64,000 bases of DNA from Candidatus Bathyarchaeia archaeon (GTDB lineage Archaea; Thermoproteota; Bathyarchaeia; Bathyarchaeales; Bathycorpusculaceae). The translations under genes and the position numbers were made by a program. Below are positions 9,891 to 21,284 of this stretch, piece after piece. The notes below the pieces were generated by a model, which saw only the letters and a program-made list of their open reading frames with translations, ran no database searches and had not been told where the DNA came from. Within the stretch, counting starts at the first letter, position 1. Every line of letters starts with the position of its first letter. The stretch spans positions 1 through 64,000 of the forward strand of contig JBEKSS010000005.1 of assembly GCA_049516875.1 (NCBI GenBank), read 5' to 3'.

Positions 9891-10904
9891 ATGTTAAAGC
9901 GTATTCGCGTGTTTCCATTGGCTGCTGAAAGCCTTGGCGTGCGGTCGATGTGCACGTTTGTTGAAACCGTAGACATCAAAATTCTCTTGGACGGTGGAGT
10001 GTCTCTTTGTCCAAACCGTTTCGGTCTCCCGCCTCATCCTCTAGAGTTCGAGGCTATAATTGAAGCTCGCAGAAGAATCGCTGAAGCCGCTGCCAAAGCT
10101 GATATCGTGTCAATAAGTCATTATCATTATGACCATGTTACACCGTCTTTCGAAGATTGGCTCTGCAACTGGACTGAGCCTGAAAGAACCGCACGCCAAA
10201 TATACGAGGGAAAAACCGTTCTAGCGAAAAACCCCCGGGAACAAATCAATCCCAGCCAAAGAGAAAGAGGATGGTTGTTCCAGAAAACAACCGAAAGGTA
10301 CATAGGAAAGCTTGAAACTGCCGACGGAAAAACCTTCACATTCGGTAGCACAAGAATCAAATTCTCCGAACCCGTACCTCATGGGCCGGAAAACTCAGAC
10401 CTTGGATGGGTTCTGATGACCACAATAGAGCTTGAAAACGAGAGATTTCTTTACGCGCCAGACGTACAAGGACCAATGTCGACGCGCACCCTTGAAATGA
10501 TCCTGAACGAGAAACCTCAACTCATGATAATCGGCGGGCCTCCCCTTTATCTGGCCGGGTTCAAAGTCGGAGAAGAGCAGATTCGCAACGGTCTAAGAAG
10601 CTTGGAAAGAATCGCGGAAGCAGTGCCTTATGTCCTTCTCGAACATCACATTCTGAGAGACGAGAATTGGCGCGAAAAAACAACCAAGCTATATTACAGC
10701 GCGTACAAATCTGGGCATACCCTTCAAACTGCTGCTGAATTTGCAGGAAGGCAGAACGCCTTCTTGGAGGCAAGAAGGAAGAAGCTGTTCACAGAGTATC
10801 CGCCGTCAAGGGATTTTGAAGTCTGGATGCGTTTGAGTGAAGAGCAGAAAAAACACGTTAAGCCGCCAGTCTTAACTCATCAATACCACAAGGAAACATC
10901 TTGA
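9891..10904 (+). CDS. UPF0282 metallo-beta-lactamase-fold hydrolase
   Basis: LAAESLGVRSMCTFVET, ISHYHYDH, VPHG, DVQGP, EHHILRD motifs. Confidence 0.9.
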   Translation: MLKRIRVFPLAAESLGVRSMCTFVETVDIKILLDGGVSLCPNRFGLPPHPLEFEAIIEARRRIAEAAAKADIVSISHYHYDHVTPSFEDWLCNWTEPERTARQIYEGKTVLAKNPREQINPSQRERGWLFQKTTERYIGKLETADGKTFTFGSTRIKFSEPVPHGPENSDLGWVLMTTIELENERFLYAPDVQGPMSTRTLEMILNEKPQLMIIGGPPLYLAGFKVGEEQIRNGLRSLERIAEAVPYVLLEHHILRDENWREKTTKLYYSAYKSGHTLQTAAEFAGRQNAFLEARRKKLFTEYPPSRDFEVWMRLSEEQKKHVKPPVLTHQYHKETS

Positions 10905-11361
10905 AGTCGCACTTGATGGCAACTAGCACCTGTATACAAAAGCATCAGCCGTGTTTCTCAACCAAATCCCAGAAGCGCGTTCGATGTGTTAGGAATGGAC
11001 CGTTGTCGAATGCCAGAATATGAGTGTTTTCGCAAATGTGTTTTTATCGCAATTCGACAAAGCTAACGTGGGTATCTGAAAATGAGTGGTAGGCTTTCGC
11101 GGAGAAATTTCTAGAGTTGTTTCACGCTTTGTGGTAGGGTGGGCCAAAAATCGAGGATAAGAACGCAGACAGCTGGATCGCCATTTGGTTAAGAAGATTT
11201 AGGATTTTGCGGTTTGGAGAACGGGGTGAAGACATTTCTATGGTTTCGTGCGTTAGGTCATCAGTTCAGGCTACTGCTGTCTACAGAAATGGAAGGAAGT
11301 CCGATTGCAAGCAAGCAATCTAGATGGTTGCGGTTGTCCAACTGTCGGCCTTTGTTCACGC

Positions 11362-12246
11362 TTACAGAGAGCTTCTGTAATTCTGCACTATTAGAAGCCC
11401 GTCTTGCTTGTCCACGACTCCGTCTCCATTGATGTCTGCCTGTACATTCCAATTAGGATCGCCTGCCTTCGCGCCATAAGCTGCGTCCCAAGCTGTCAAG
11501 TCGTTGACGTCAACTTTGCCATCTCCGTTCACGTCTCCGATGAGCTTCAGCTTGACCGCACCATCCACATAGACGTTGTTCGTCGTATTCGTCTCGTAAG
11601 GCAGAACATCAGCCTGAGCCGCGATGACGTATGGAGTATTACTAGCTGGGAACCCTGAGGTGTTCCAGTCGTACAGTACGCTTCTCGTTTCGCTTGGCAA
11701 CAAGTTCAGAATCTCCAACGATGTAAGATTGTCTCCATTTGCAGAGATTGTTGTATTGAAGTTTTCAGGCACGTTGCCGTAGTTTTGCAGTGTCACGGTT
11801 ATCTCCACGATACTGCCCGCATATGTCTCGTTTGTTGAAGTGCTCACTCCTGTGACTGCTATTTCGTGCTTGATGATTGCTATGTAGCCGTCTTGGGTTT
11901 GGGTTGGAATAATCTGGCTGTTGCCGTCTTTGACGGTGACGTCGTGGAAGTGCAGTGTCGTGATTCCATAGTCCACCACTGCAAGGTTAAGGATTAAGAG
12001 TGTTGCATTGCCATTGACCGTGACGGGATTATTGTATGTGAGTCTCACGTACAAGTAACCTAGATGATCCTCAATTTCGCAGTAGACTGACGGAATTCGG
12101 CCTTGGATCGGCTGCTTCGCCACTTCCACGATGTAGAAGATGCTTGGAACGTAGCTCATGTTAAACTCGCAATACGCCATGTTCGTCATGAAAGCTGACA
12201 AGACCAAAACTGCCATGATTAGCACAGAGATTCTTCTCTTCAACAT
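11362..12246 (-). CDS. Secreted surface protein: partial cohesin-like + CARDB + dockerin domain
   Basis: Signal peptide; ITVTLQNYGNVPENF CARDB pattern; C-terminal GDVNGDGKVDVND...ADINGDGVVDKQD dockerin repeats. Confidence 0.85.
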   Translation of the reverse strand: MLKRRISVLIMAVLVLSAFMTNMAYCEFNMSYVPSIFYIVEVAKQPIQGRIPSVYCEIEDHLGYLYVRLTYNNPVTVNGNATLLILNLAVVDYGITTLHFHDVTVKDGNSQIIPTQTQDGYIAIIKHEIAVTGVSTSTNETYAGSIVEITVTLQNYGNVPENFNTTISANGDNLTSLEILNLLPSETRSVLYDWNTSGFPASNTPYVIAAQADVLPYETNTTNNVYVDGAVKLKLIGDVNGDGKVDVNDLTAWDAAYGAKAGDPNWNVQADINGDGVVDKQDGLLIVQNYRSSL

Positions 12247-12499
12247 ACCACCCCCTTTTCGTTTCTTTGGATCCAAAAGCGACTCTTCACTTGAATGGAG
12301 GAAATAACATCAAGAACGCCATTATGGCCTCTACTGGTATTCACCTTTCTCCCTTCTTCTAAGTACAACTAGTTCTCACTGAGGATAAAGCTTGCGGAAA
12401 AATGTTCTCCTCACATTCAATACAACAGACTGTCTGGAAAATCAACCAACAAATAAACTCCTAATCTCTTAGCCTCGGATTCCTTCTAAAAAAGTGGAG

Positions 12500-12573
12500 G
12501 GCCGGGGCCGGGATTTGAACCCGGGCGCTAGGCTCCACAGGCCTATAGGCTACCAAGCTACCTCACCCCGGCC
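12500..12573 (-). tRNA. tRNA-His(GUG) with genomically encoded G-1
   Basis: Acceptor GCCGGGG/CCCCGGC, discriminator C, D-loop AGCTTGGTA, anticodon arm TAGGC-CTGTGGA-GCCTA, T-loop GTTCAAATC; no intron. Confidence 0.97.
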
Positions 12574-12612
12574 ACGTTTTGGAAGGCTCCGTATACTTTT
12601 TGGTGTTCTAGC

Positions 12613-12791
12613 TCATTTGCGTTTCTTAAGAAGCCTCGGATTTCCTTCTGGCACATGTACCCAAACCTAGCTTCAAGCAATGTTCTCACTTCTTCAGGTT
12701 CTTTGGCAACTTCAACGATGAGCCTGTTACGGCTCCATTCAAAGATTGTGCGATCAATGCTGCGGATCTTTCCCTGTTGCTTGTCTCTCAA
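12613..12791 (-). pseudogene. Degraded C-terminal remnant of a tyrosine integrase
   Basis: IVEVAKEPEEVRTLLEARFGYMCQKE then frameshifted LKKRK* recalls the (V)AKT.EE...L.E.GFEYV...FRKRK tail of archaeal integrases; abuts tRNA-His. Confidence 0.55.
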
Positions 12792-12821
12792 TGCGGGCGC
12801 TTGGTGTCCTCACTGATTGAT

Positions 12822-13268
12822 TTAAAGTGGCCTGTCTGTCCTCTTCTCTATGAAGAGTTCGCCATTCACCACCCTCAAACCTATGTTATCTTCTTTCCAC
12901 TTGATGTATTCTGGGTGAGAAACGTAAGTCCTCACTCCCTTCTTGGTCTGGACTTGCTTCTTGATAGCCATGCTAAAATCTACTCCATTACGTTTAGCTA
13001 CTTGAGTGAGCGCTTTCTCAATGGAAGGATACGCACTCTTGGGTGTAAGGTCTTCCTTGATGGAGCCTAATAGTACTTTGTAGGTTCCCTTCTTCTCCTT
13101 GGCTATCGCATTGACCAGTTCTGAATACTTACTCTGCCTCTTGTGTCTCTTTGATTCTGGCACCCTCTTCACTTTTTCGTATAACTTGGATTTCTTGATC
13201 GTCGCTTTCCTTCTTTCTTTCACAAAGTCTTTCATTACCAATGGTTTTTCGAAGACGTCTTCACTCAT
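12822..13268 (-). CDS. Lysine-rich hypothetical protein
   Basis: 148-aa ORF with ATG and upstream TATA (TTTATATA); no family recognised. Confidence 0.6.
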   Translation of the reverse strand: MSEDVFEKPLVMKDFVKERRKATIKKSKLYEKVKRVPESKRHKRQSKYSELVNAIAKEKKGTYKVLLGSIKEDLTPKSAYPSIEKALTQVAKRNGVDFSMAIKKQVQTKKGVRTYVSHPEYIKWKEDNIGLRVVNGELFIEKRTDRPL

Positions 13269-13410
13269 AAAGACACATACATAACAGCATGTATTTCACT
13301 ATATAAATGGCACGTGCACATCTATTTTGCGAGCCTCTTGGGGTTTGGAGTTCAAAGCAATAAACATTTAACTATTCTCGAGCCTTCACAAACATTGAGG
13401 AAACGACTGC

Positions 13411-14478
13411 ATGAGTGTTGCGCTCAAGCCTCAGTTCACGAAGAGAATTCTCCTATTTGTCGGCATTGGATTAGCCACACTTGTCATTTACCTCTACTAT
13501 TTTATAGGCACCGTAAACGTTGCTGTGGTGATCAAGCAGACAAACCTCCTCTATTACGCGTCAGCTTTTGTCGCTTTCTTAGCAAGCGTTATCTTCTATT
13601 CACTAGCTTGGCACAGCCTGCTACGCAATCTCGACATAGAAGCCAAAATCAATAGAGTGTTGCTGTTTGCATGGGCTGGAATGTTCTTTGACGCCGTCGT
13701 TCCAGATCCAGGTTGGAGCGGAGACCTGTCAAAAGCTTACATGTTGTCCAAGGCTTCAGGTCAGGAAGCAGGAAGAATTGTAGCGTCCGTTGTTGGTCAA
13801 AAAATCATCGTAATGGCAGTCACAGTCGTCGACCTGATTCTAGGCCTGGCTCTCTTGGCATTGAACTACACTCTCCCAAGCGATGTCCTCATCTTTGTTA
13901 CCATCGTGCTGTTTTTAACTGTTTTTTCACTCATCGTGGTCTTGTACTTGAGCACAAACGCCCAAGCAACAAGGAGGATATTGGGTTGGCTTATACGTGT
14001 CGCATGCTTTGTGCGGAGAGGTCGCTGGAACCCCCAAGATTTTCGGGTTAAAGCAGAACGAATGTTAAACAGGTTTCATGAAGGAATGCGGACCTTAAGT
14101 GCCAGTCCAAGAGCTCTAGCTCGACCGATTTCATTTTCCCTTCTGGCATGGGGTTTCGACGTTTCGATAATTTTCTTAACCTTCGCTTCGCTGGGATATT
14201 CCGTGCCCGTGGACAAAGTCCTGATTGTATACGCCTTGACAGGAAGCTTGCAAGCCATGGGCGTGTCCTTCCTGGGCTTTACCGAAATCATCGTGAGCAG
14301 TTCCTACGCCATACTCGGCATCCCAGCCGTCATCAGCGTCTCTGCAACCCTGCTAGCAAGAGTCGTAACTCTTTGGTTCAAACTAGTCGTCTCCTACGTC
14401 GTTTTTCAATGGGCAGGCATTGGACTGTTGCTGGGAAAAAGCCAGCAAGTTAGGACAGCATTGCCGAACGTCAGCTGA
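13411..14478 (+). CDS. Lysylphosphatidylglycerol synthase TM / flippase-like (UPF0104) membrane protein
   Basis: About 8 TM helices; W..LL, F...VP...SGD..K and LL.R..T.W motifs. Confidence 0.85.
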   Translation: MSVALKPQFTKRILLFVGIGLATLVIYLYYFIGTVNVAVVIKQTNLLYYASAFVAFLASVIFYSLAWHSLLRNLDIEAKINRVLLFAWAGMFFDAVVPDPGWSGDLSKAYMLSKASGQEAGRIVASVVGQKIIVMAVTVVDLILGLALLALNYTLPSDVLIFVTIVLFLTVFSLIVVLYLSTNAQATRRILGWLIRVACFVRRGRWNPQDFRVKAERMLNRFHEGMRTLSASPRALARPISFSLLAWGFDVSIIFLTFASLGYSVPVDKVLIVYALTGSLQAMGVSFLGFTEIIVSSSYAILGIPAVISVSATLLARVVTLWFKLVVSYVVFQWAGIGLLLGKSQQVRTALPNVS

Positions 14479-14866
14479 GGCGCACTCCTGAGAACTCGAA
14501 CATTCCCGAAATATATAAGAGACTAGCGAGGCGACAACACAGTAGACTCCTAGCAGAAAAGCACAACTCTTCTTCCAGCATGTCCGCTCGCGTGTTTAAG
14601 GCAATTAGCCATGTCCTCAGTGCGGATCCTGACTGAAACAGTCTTGGAATATCAAGCTGTTAACGGCTTTCTGTTCGAAGGAATGTCGAACGTACAAAAT
14701 TTACAAAAAACAGCTAAACCATGATCCTAAGGTACAACGGAAATGCATTGAAGTCTTAAATTTGGCCATACTGTCGACGGTGCACCAAGAGCGAAATGCG
14801 AAGTAAATCTTTCGGTTGTACATTCGACAGAACCATCCCATCGAGACTTGGTTGAAGCTTCTAGGC

Positions 14867-15706
14867 TCAAGCGATGCCTCCGATCAGCAGTGAAGCAATG
14901 ACAGCGATCGTGACAATTACGGCAGTTTCGAGTAACGTTACCTTCCAATGTACCTCGGATTTTCTGGAGCGGTAGCGAACCAGAAACAAACCCGTCACTG
15001 TGGCACCTATGGCGAGGGATACGATAATGTTTAGGGGTTTTGGTAAGACAAAATAAACCATTATTGGTACTATACCCGCCATGAAAGAGGTTGTCCCGCA
15101 TAGCAAGGCTGCAAGAAGGTTTGAACGGTTTATGTCCTTGTGTAAGACTGTGAACAAGTGCTTGACGAGCATCAACGACTTCTCTCGCTCAAGTTTGCCA
15201 CGAATGTCGCTCAAGCTGTAGTTCATCAGCGTTTGAAGCGTTATCATGTCAGCCAAGTCCTCAGTTATTCCTCCAAGGAGAAAACTCAAAATTGGTTATG
15301 GCAACAGATGATAGCGCCAGAAACGCGGCAAAAGCAGCGGCCTTCACCGTCAAACCGGCAATGAAGGCTGAAAGAATAACCACAAGCCCGTGATTGAACC
15401 ATCAACCAACCCTGCTACAACCTCAATTATAGGCTCTTTCCTCAACAACAAGCTTCGCCATTCCTTGCCAAGCTTGGCACCTTGCTCAGTAAGTTGCACC
15501 ATTCCGCCCTCGTTGAGTATTAATCCTTCAGAAGCCATCTCGTCGAGGGTTCTGTCAAAGTCATCCATTTCAACACAAACGTAGTTCGCGCAGACCCTGT
15601 CCATCCTATGCTTGAGCAAAGCCTTCTGCAACCCAGCACCTCTGCTCAGGCTTATCAACACAATTACCCTGATAATATCCGGCAATTCCTGTATCTCAAA
15701 CGACAA
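14867..15706 (-). pseudogene. wHTH + VIT1/CCC1-like membrane protein, two frameshifts
   Basis: GLVDGSITG continues as LVVILSAFIAG...AITN in a shifted frame (near 15388), then shifts again near 15290 into SFLLGGITED. Confidence 0.7.
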
Positions 15707-16184
15707 GCGAACTTATCCCCAACAGCGAAATGAAGACAGAGCAAAACCAATAACCACTCTTCCCAGGTATTTTGGGGTGCAGGAAGAAAGGTATTCGAAA
15801 CTTGTCGAAGCTTATAGGTACATAGACCACCACTGACAGCACGGTCTCTTCTAACATGATAACAACACTGTTTCTGGCTCTTTCTGAGTGCAGATGCTTT
15901 GAAGAGATGCATTCAATGGTTGCATGCCCGCGATTTCGGTAAGCATTCTACAGAAGTAACATCCTCTGGCAGGAGCGAAATACAGTCGAATACGTGGAAA
16001 TCGGCAGAGATGATTCAACTTCCGGATTATGGCCTATGCAAAATGCGGCAAAATTGTAAATTTGACCATGGCCTGCAACGTTCAGAAAACGGAATTGGCG
16101 CGAACTGAAAGATTCATAGAAGAAGAGAGTGACGCGCCTAAAACACGCCCGCCATTGAAAATAGACGGCGCGCAGTGTTAGATC

Positions 16185-16956
16185 TTAATGAAAAAAATGG
16201 TTGACAATGCCTTGAGTGATTCGCTTGTGCACTTCTTTTTTCAGTTGCAGTTTGTGAGAGCCCGGTTTCCACGTTGGGAGCCCCTTAAGAGGAAGATCAC
16301 CTATTCTCACTGCACCTGCCACTTTCTTGCCGTAATGGTTTACCCTTACGTACAAAACTGAAAGCTCCATGTCAATCGACAATGCGCCTTGCTTCTGCAG
16401 GTTGACTAGAAGCAGTTTGTTTCTGCAAGGAAAAACTGAACCGTTGCGTGCAGGCCACTGTGCACTCTTACACCGAGATCCGCAACTGTTTTCTCGATTC
16501 CAACCCTTAGCTCTCGGGCAAGATTTTTGTCTGCCTTTGCTGGGACCTCAGCGGGAAAGAGCACCTCAGTCACTTTGTCAAGCCGAACGCGCGAAAGAGG
16601 CACGTTGATGTCAGCGTTTTCAACGCTTTTGCCTATGCCTCCCCCAGTCCCAATGAACACGATTTCCTTGGCGTTCTTGCAATGGCACAAAACGTAGCTT
16701 GAATCCGCGAAATTCGACGCACCCAGTCCACCCTCGCAGAACAGAACTCGTCGACTGTTGTTCCAAACCAAAAAGCCGTTGCCAGCTTTCTTAAACGTCA
16801 GCGCGTTACCATCCCAGATGGCTGGCAAATCCGGAAAAGTCTCTGCAATCTTAAGGGGGTTATGACGATGTTTGCAGGGATAGACGTCGGCTTAAGGCCA
16901 AAGGCACTCTGTGCCGGTCATTTCACGGCTTCTTCTTCCATCTCTCCGTAAGCCAT
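16185..16956 (-). pseudogene. Nucleoside phosphorylase (PNP/UDP-1 family) pseudogene
   Basis: FIGTGGGI and SIDMELS motifs split across frames; in-frame stop after MAYGEMEEEAVK; frameshifts near 16855 and 16415. Confidence 0.7.
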
Positions 16957-16957
16957 C

Positions 16958-17374
16958 CTACTGCTCACCCATGACCTGCACAATCACTGTTCTTCTTCTT
17001 GGGTGAACGTCCGTCTCTACGAACATGAGCGACTGCCACGTTCCGAACTCCACGTGGCCATCAACCAATGGCAGTGTTCTGTCAGGAGGCAGCAGAACAG
17101 ATCTCAGGTGCGCGTGCGCGTTAGAGGGGTGCGAATACTCCTTGTTTCTTGGGACCATCTTTTCCAGAAAGGCTCTAATGTCTTCTAGCAGGCCGTATTC
17201 GTTCTCCGTCAAAATAAGTACTCCCGTAGCATGGGGCGCGAAGACATGCACAACTCCGTTCCTGATTCGGGATTTGGCAACAGCCGCCTGAATCTGGTCA
17301 GTTAAGTCTATGAACTCTATCTCGCCCTTTGTGTCGAAACTGATGTTCGTGTTGAAGACCTTAAAGTCTGCCAT
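16958..17374 (-). CDS. yjbQ: YjbQ/UPF0047 family protein
   Basis: VFAPHATG, NAHAHLRS, FGTWQSLMFVE motifs. Confidence 0.93.
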   Translation of the reverse strand: MADFKVFNTNISFDTKGEIEFIDLTDQIQAAVAKSRIRNGVVHVFAPHATGVLILTENEYGLLEDIRAFLEKMVPRNKEYSHPSNAHAHLRSVLLPPDRTLPLVDGHVEFGTWQSLMFVETDVHPRRRTVIVQVMGEQ

Positions 17375-17381
17375 GACAGCC

Positions 17382-17930
17382 TCACTCCAACAATTTGGTC
17401 ATTATCACTTCGTCTGTGTATTTGCCTTCTTTCAAATGCTTCCTCGGTATGAAGCCAGTCTGCACGAACCCAACATTCTCGTAAACGTGGATCGCGCGCT
17501 TATTGCTCGCAAACGCGGAGAGAGTCAAGACCTTTAGACCCGTTTCCTGCGCCTGCTCGAGCAAGACACGCATCATCGCAGTTCCGATGCCTAAATCCCT
17601 GAAACCTCTTCTGACGATTATGCCAACAACGCCGACGTGTTTCTCGTACGCCCTCTGCCCATTGACATCAGAAGACGCAACGACTCCGCCATCGACCTCA
17701 GCAACCAAGAAAAAAGTCTTACCCTCCTCCAGCCGAGCAAGGACCCCTGACCGCCAATCAATCTCCTCATCTCTCGAAGCCTTCTCATCCCTGTATATCT
17801 CTGCTGCCTCGTCGACGAGTGAGTTAACGAGTTCGAGCAGATCATCCAAATCCTCCCATCGGGGGGTTCTCAAAACAACCTTGCGCCCGTCGTTGACAGA
17901 AAGCTCTTGAAAAACCTTCCCAGTCTTCAT
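17382..17930 (-). CDS. GNAT family N-acetyltransferase
   Basis: FRDLGIGTAMM acetyl-CoA motif; NKRAIHVYENVGF. Confidence 0.92.
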   Translation of the reverse strand: MKTGKVFQELSVNDGRKVVLRTPRWEDLDDLLELVNSLVDEAAEIYRDEKASRDEEIDWRSGVLARLEEGKTFFLVAEVDGGVVASSDVNGQRAYEKHVGVVGIIVRRGFRDLGIGTAMMRVLLEQAQETGLKVLTLSAFASNKRAIHVYENVGFVQTGFIPRKHLKEGKYTDEVIMTKLLE

Positions 17931-18973
17931 AATTCAGATTTGAGTCAAAACCACTTTAATACTTTTTAGCTTCCGCACAGTCGAAGAGCTCAGAGCTTGG
18001 AAGTCTCGTTGATGCTTTTGTATACGGCATCTCACCCTTTCTCTGAAAGAAAGTGCTGGTGACATGTAGAAGTTCTTGGTATTACTCATACAACCATAAT
18101 CACCAAACAGTAAAGTCTGCATCTGAAGACGACGAAAACATTGGCCATATAGCCTATACTAGACAGTACAACTTGCTGCGCTCATGGAAGACTGCCAAGG
18201 AAAAAGCCTATTCAGACTCGTATCATCACACAAAAAATCCTGGTGAAACCTCAAAGCTAGCTTCCCAAATCGTATACAGAAGCATCGCCGAAGATCCCAG
18301 TTGCATGTCGCCATTTCCGGTCACTCTCAAAGAGAAGGAACACGGCACCTGTGAAGCATCCAAAGCCGAGTTTAGTTCCTTCTCAAAACCCTGAACCACA
18401 AAGATGATGCTTCGGTTTTCTTTTGTTCAATACTAACCATTCCACAACGCACCTCCTCTAGACAGACGTCAGTCGCCGGACTAAGAGCGACACTGCTAAC
18501 GTGCGCCTCACTTTCCTAGGCAGAAAAGCTGGTCAGAAACTCGAAGCAGCCTCGAAGTGTGAGACGAAACTTTCGCATGGAGATTTTCGGGGGTTTTTCT
18601 ATAGGGTCACGGTCAACTCCATGCCCAAGACCAGAAGGCTTGACAAAACGGGCAAAAAAGGGTTCCTTTCATAAATCGGAACCCAATTCAAGCTTTGCGA
18701 TTTCGTCCTCGGCTTAGGAAACTTGCGCCTTTCTTGGTAGGCAGGCCTTCGAACAGCAACAGCTTCGAAGCACAGGACTTGTAGAGAAAAGGGCATGAAA
18801 AGCTGGCCAAACGGAAAAGGAGCCAAATCGGAAACTCGTTCAAGACACTGGTCAGAAGTCGCACTTCTGCATTTGTGCAGCAGTATGTTATCAGTTTCTT
18901 CATATTGCAGATTTTGAAATAAGCGCTTTAATTCTCCATCACGACGTGTTCTGATAGAGAAAGGTCACAGAGG

Positions 18974-21226
18974 GTGTCATGCTTGCCTCTCGACGGTTTC
19001 GGGAACGACGTTGAAACGCTCGAAAGGAACGTTAACGTGAGAAACGTAAGAGTACAATGGGACTGGGGGAACTTCAAGACTACCGAAGGCTTCCCAGTGG
19101 ATGACAATCTAATAAACTGGGCAATAGGACAGGAACAAGCGCTCAAGGAATGTTTCTTATGCTTGGACGAATGGGTGCACAAGCTCAAATGGCTAGATGA
19201 AAACAAGTGGTACGAAAGCTGGAGCACAGCGGACAAATCCAAACCTGAGGTCAAAAGCATCATCAGTCCGGGGCCATACCTGCTCCTGCTGGGAGACCCT
19301 GGAACCGGCAAATCGCTTATCGGCAAAGCACTAGCAGAAAAACTCACCCAAGTCTACAAAGAGAATGGCATAAAGCTTTTTGACGCTGTCTGTTGGAAAA
19401 ATCAGTTACTGCCGAGCCAACCCCGAGTGTCAATCCACAAAGCAGGAGAAGCAAAGAAAATCATCCAGAAAGAACAGCTTAGAGATCTTAAGAGAAAATT
19501 CCTTACAAAAGTGGGGTTCAAGGTTCTACAAATCTTCATGATTCTGCTGGGCCTATTCTTGATAGGCCTAGGATTCTACTTTATGTTTCAAGCTTGGCAG
19601 GCATGGCAAGGAGCAAGCGACGCCCTGCGTAGCACCTACGGCAGCTTCTCAGATTTCCTCGTACAAAAGTTCGTGGGCCTCGTACCCTTAACATTCATAC
19701 CCGGTGGGAGCCTAATCTTCTTCGGAGTCTTCCTTTGGTGGTTCTCGAAAATGGGGGGCATGGGAAACATGAAGGGCATCGGTGGGGCTCAACAGACGGA
19801 CGTCCCGAAACTCATCGTTGACAACAGCTCTGGCCACGCCCCGTTCATAGATGCAACTGGTCACAAAAGCGCGCAACTCTTCGGCTCAATCGCATGGGAT
19901 CCATACCAAACAGGGGGCTTGGGAACACCTGAACACCAAAGAGTCAGCGCCGGAGACGTGCACATCGCATCCCTCGGCATCTTATACATCGACGAGATAA
20001 AAAACCTCGACCCTGATGAAGCAGTGACGCTCTTAACGGTGCTTGAAGACGGAAAGCTCCCAATAACGTTGCGAGGTAGATTCGGCGGCAGCGACACGGC
20101 AGCCATGGCCGTCTCAACAGAACCTGTTCCCACAATAACATTCCTCGTTGGCGCGGGCAACTTCGACAGCATAGGCCAGCTTCACCCAGCATTGATGGAC
20201 AGAATCTACGGCTACGGCAAAGTCGTCAGAATGAACAACGATATGCCTAACACCATGGAAAATCGACGCAGATACGTGCAGTTCATAGCGCAAGAGGTGA
20301 AACGATTCAACCTCGTTCCATTCAGCCGAGAAGCATGCCTCGAAATAGTCGAAGAAGGCAGACGCAAAAGCGACAAAAAAGACGCGTTGACAACCCGTTT
20401 CAGAACTCTAATCTCCATAATAAAGACCGCCTCAACGCTCGCAACCAATGAGGGTTGTAAAAGCGTCGAAAGAAGACACGTGCTAGAAGCCGTCGGACAA
20501 CACTGCAAGACCATTCAGATGCAAATGCTGGAACACGACATGAACGAAAGGGGAAAACTCCTGGAAATAAAGCCGAAAGGAGTCAAACTCGGCCAGATTC
20601 ACGGGTTGGCAGTCGTTAAAGATCCTTACAGCGGCGAAATGACAGGCAGCGTCCTAAACGTAAAGGCCCAGATGGTCAAGAGAAGCGAACTTCCAAGAAA
20701 CTACTCCATCAAAGGCTACTACAAAGTCACTGGAGTAGCAAAAGGCCAAAGCTTCATTTCAGACAGCATCGCCAAGGTCAGAAGTGTGATACTGCAAAAA
20801 TACGGTGCCGACATAGCCCAGGACTATCTGACGCACATTGACTTCGCCCAGTCCTACGGTGTGGACGGACCGTCGGCAGGCGTGTCAATGACCATACTTC
20901 TGTGCTCGCTCATCGAAGGAAAGCCTGTGAGACAAGACGTAGCAGTCACAGGGGAAATCAACCTAGGCGTCGGAGACTCCATTCACGTAACAGCTGTAGG
21001 AGGTGTTTACGAGAAAATAAAGGCCGCAGAAGCTTGGGGATTCAAGAAGGTGGTCATTCCGCAGAAGAACTTTGAAAACTCCATCGACGTGAACGACTAC
21101 ACGATAGAAGTTGTTCCAGCAGCAACCCTCGACGACTACCTTAGAGAATGCTTAATCGACAAACCAATGCTCAGAGTCCCGGTTCAAACTTATAAGCACA
21201 AAAACCATAGGAACTCTCAGAACTGA
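18974..21226 (+). CDS. lonB: Membrane-anchored ATP-dependent Lon protease (LonB type)
   Basis: IGQEQA, Walker A GDPGTGKS, two TM helices inserted in the AAA+ domain, Walker B ILYIDE, catalytic DGPSAG and GGVYEKI. Confidence 0.92.
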   Translation: MSCLPLDGFGNDVETLERNVNVRNVRVQWDWGNFKTTEGFPVDDNLINWAIGQEQALKECFLCLDEWVHKLKWLDENKWYESWSTADKSKPEVKSIISPGPYLLLLGDPGTGKSLIGKALAEKLTQVYKENGIKLFDAVCWKNQLLPSQPRVSIHKAGEAKKIIQKEQLRDLKRKFLTKVGFKVLQIFMILLGLFLIGLGFYFMFQAWQAWQGASDALRSTYGSFSDFLVQKFVGLVPLTFIPGGSLIFFGVFLWWFSKMGGMGNMKGIGGAQQTDVPKLIVDNSSGHAPFIDATGHKSAQLFGSIAWDPYQTGGLGTPEHQRVSAGDVHIASLGILYIDEIKNLDPDEAVTLLTVLEDGKLPITLRGRFGGSDTAAMAVSTEPVPTITFLVGAGNFDSIGQLHPALMDRIYGYGKVVRMNNDMPNTMENRRRYVQFIAQEVKRFNLVPFSREACLEIVEEGRRKSDKKDALTTRFRTLISIIKTASTLATNEGCKSVERRHVLEAVGQHCKTIQMQMLEHDMNERGKLLEIKPKGVKLGQIHGLAVVKDPYSGEMTGSVLNVKAQMVKRSELPRNYSIKGYYKVTGVAKGQSFISDSIAKVRSVILQKYGADIAQDYLTHIDFAQSYGVDGPSAGVSMTILLCSLIEGKPVRQDVAVTGEINLGVGDSIHVTAVGGVYEKIKAAEAWGFKKVVIPQKNFENSIDVNDYTIEVVPAATLDDYLRECLIDKPMLRVPVQTYKHKNHRNSQN

Positions 21227-21284
21227 GGAGGCAGCAAGCAAAAATCAAAGCTGAAGCTCCTCCAGACTCGGAGAACAGTCACGA

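Noticed and set aside
18053-18903. Short ORFs upstream of lonB
   Set aside because: No recognisable motifs or clear start signals; possibly decayed sequence
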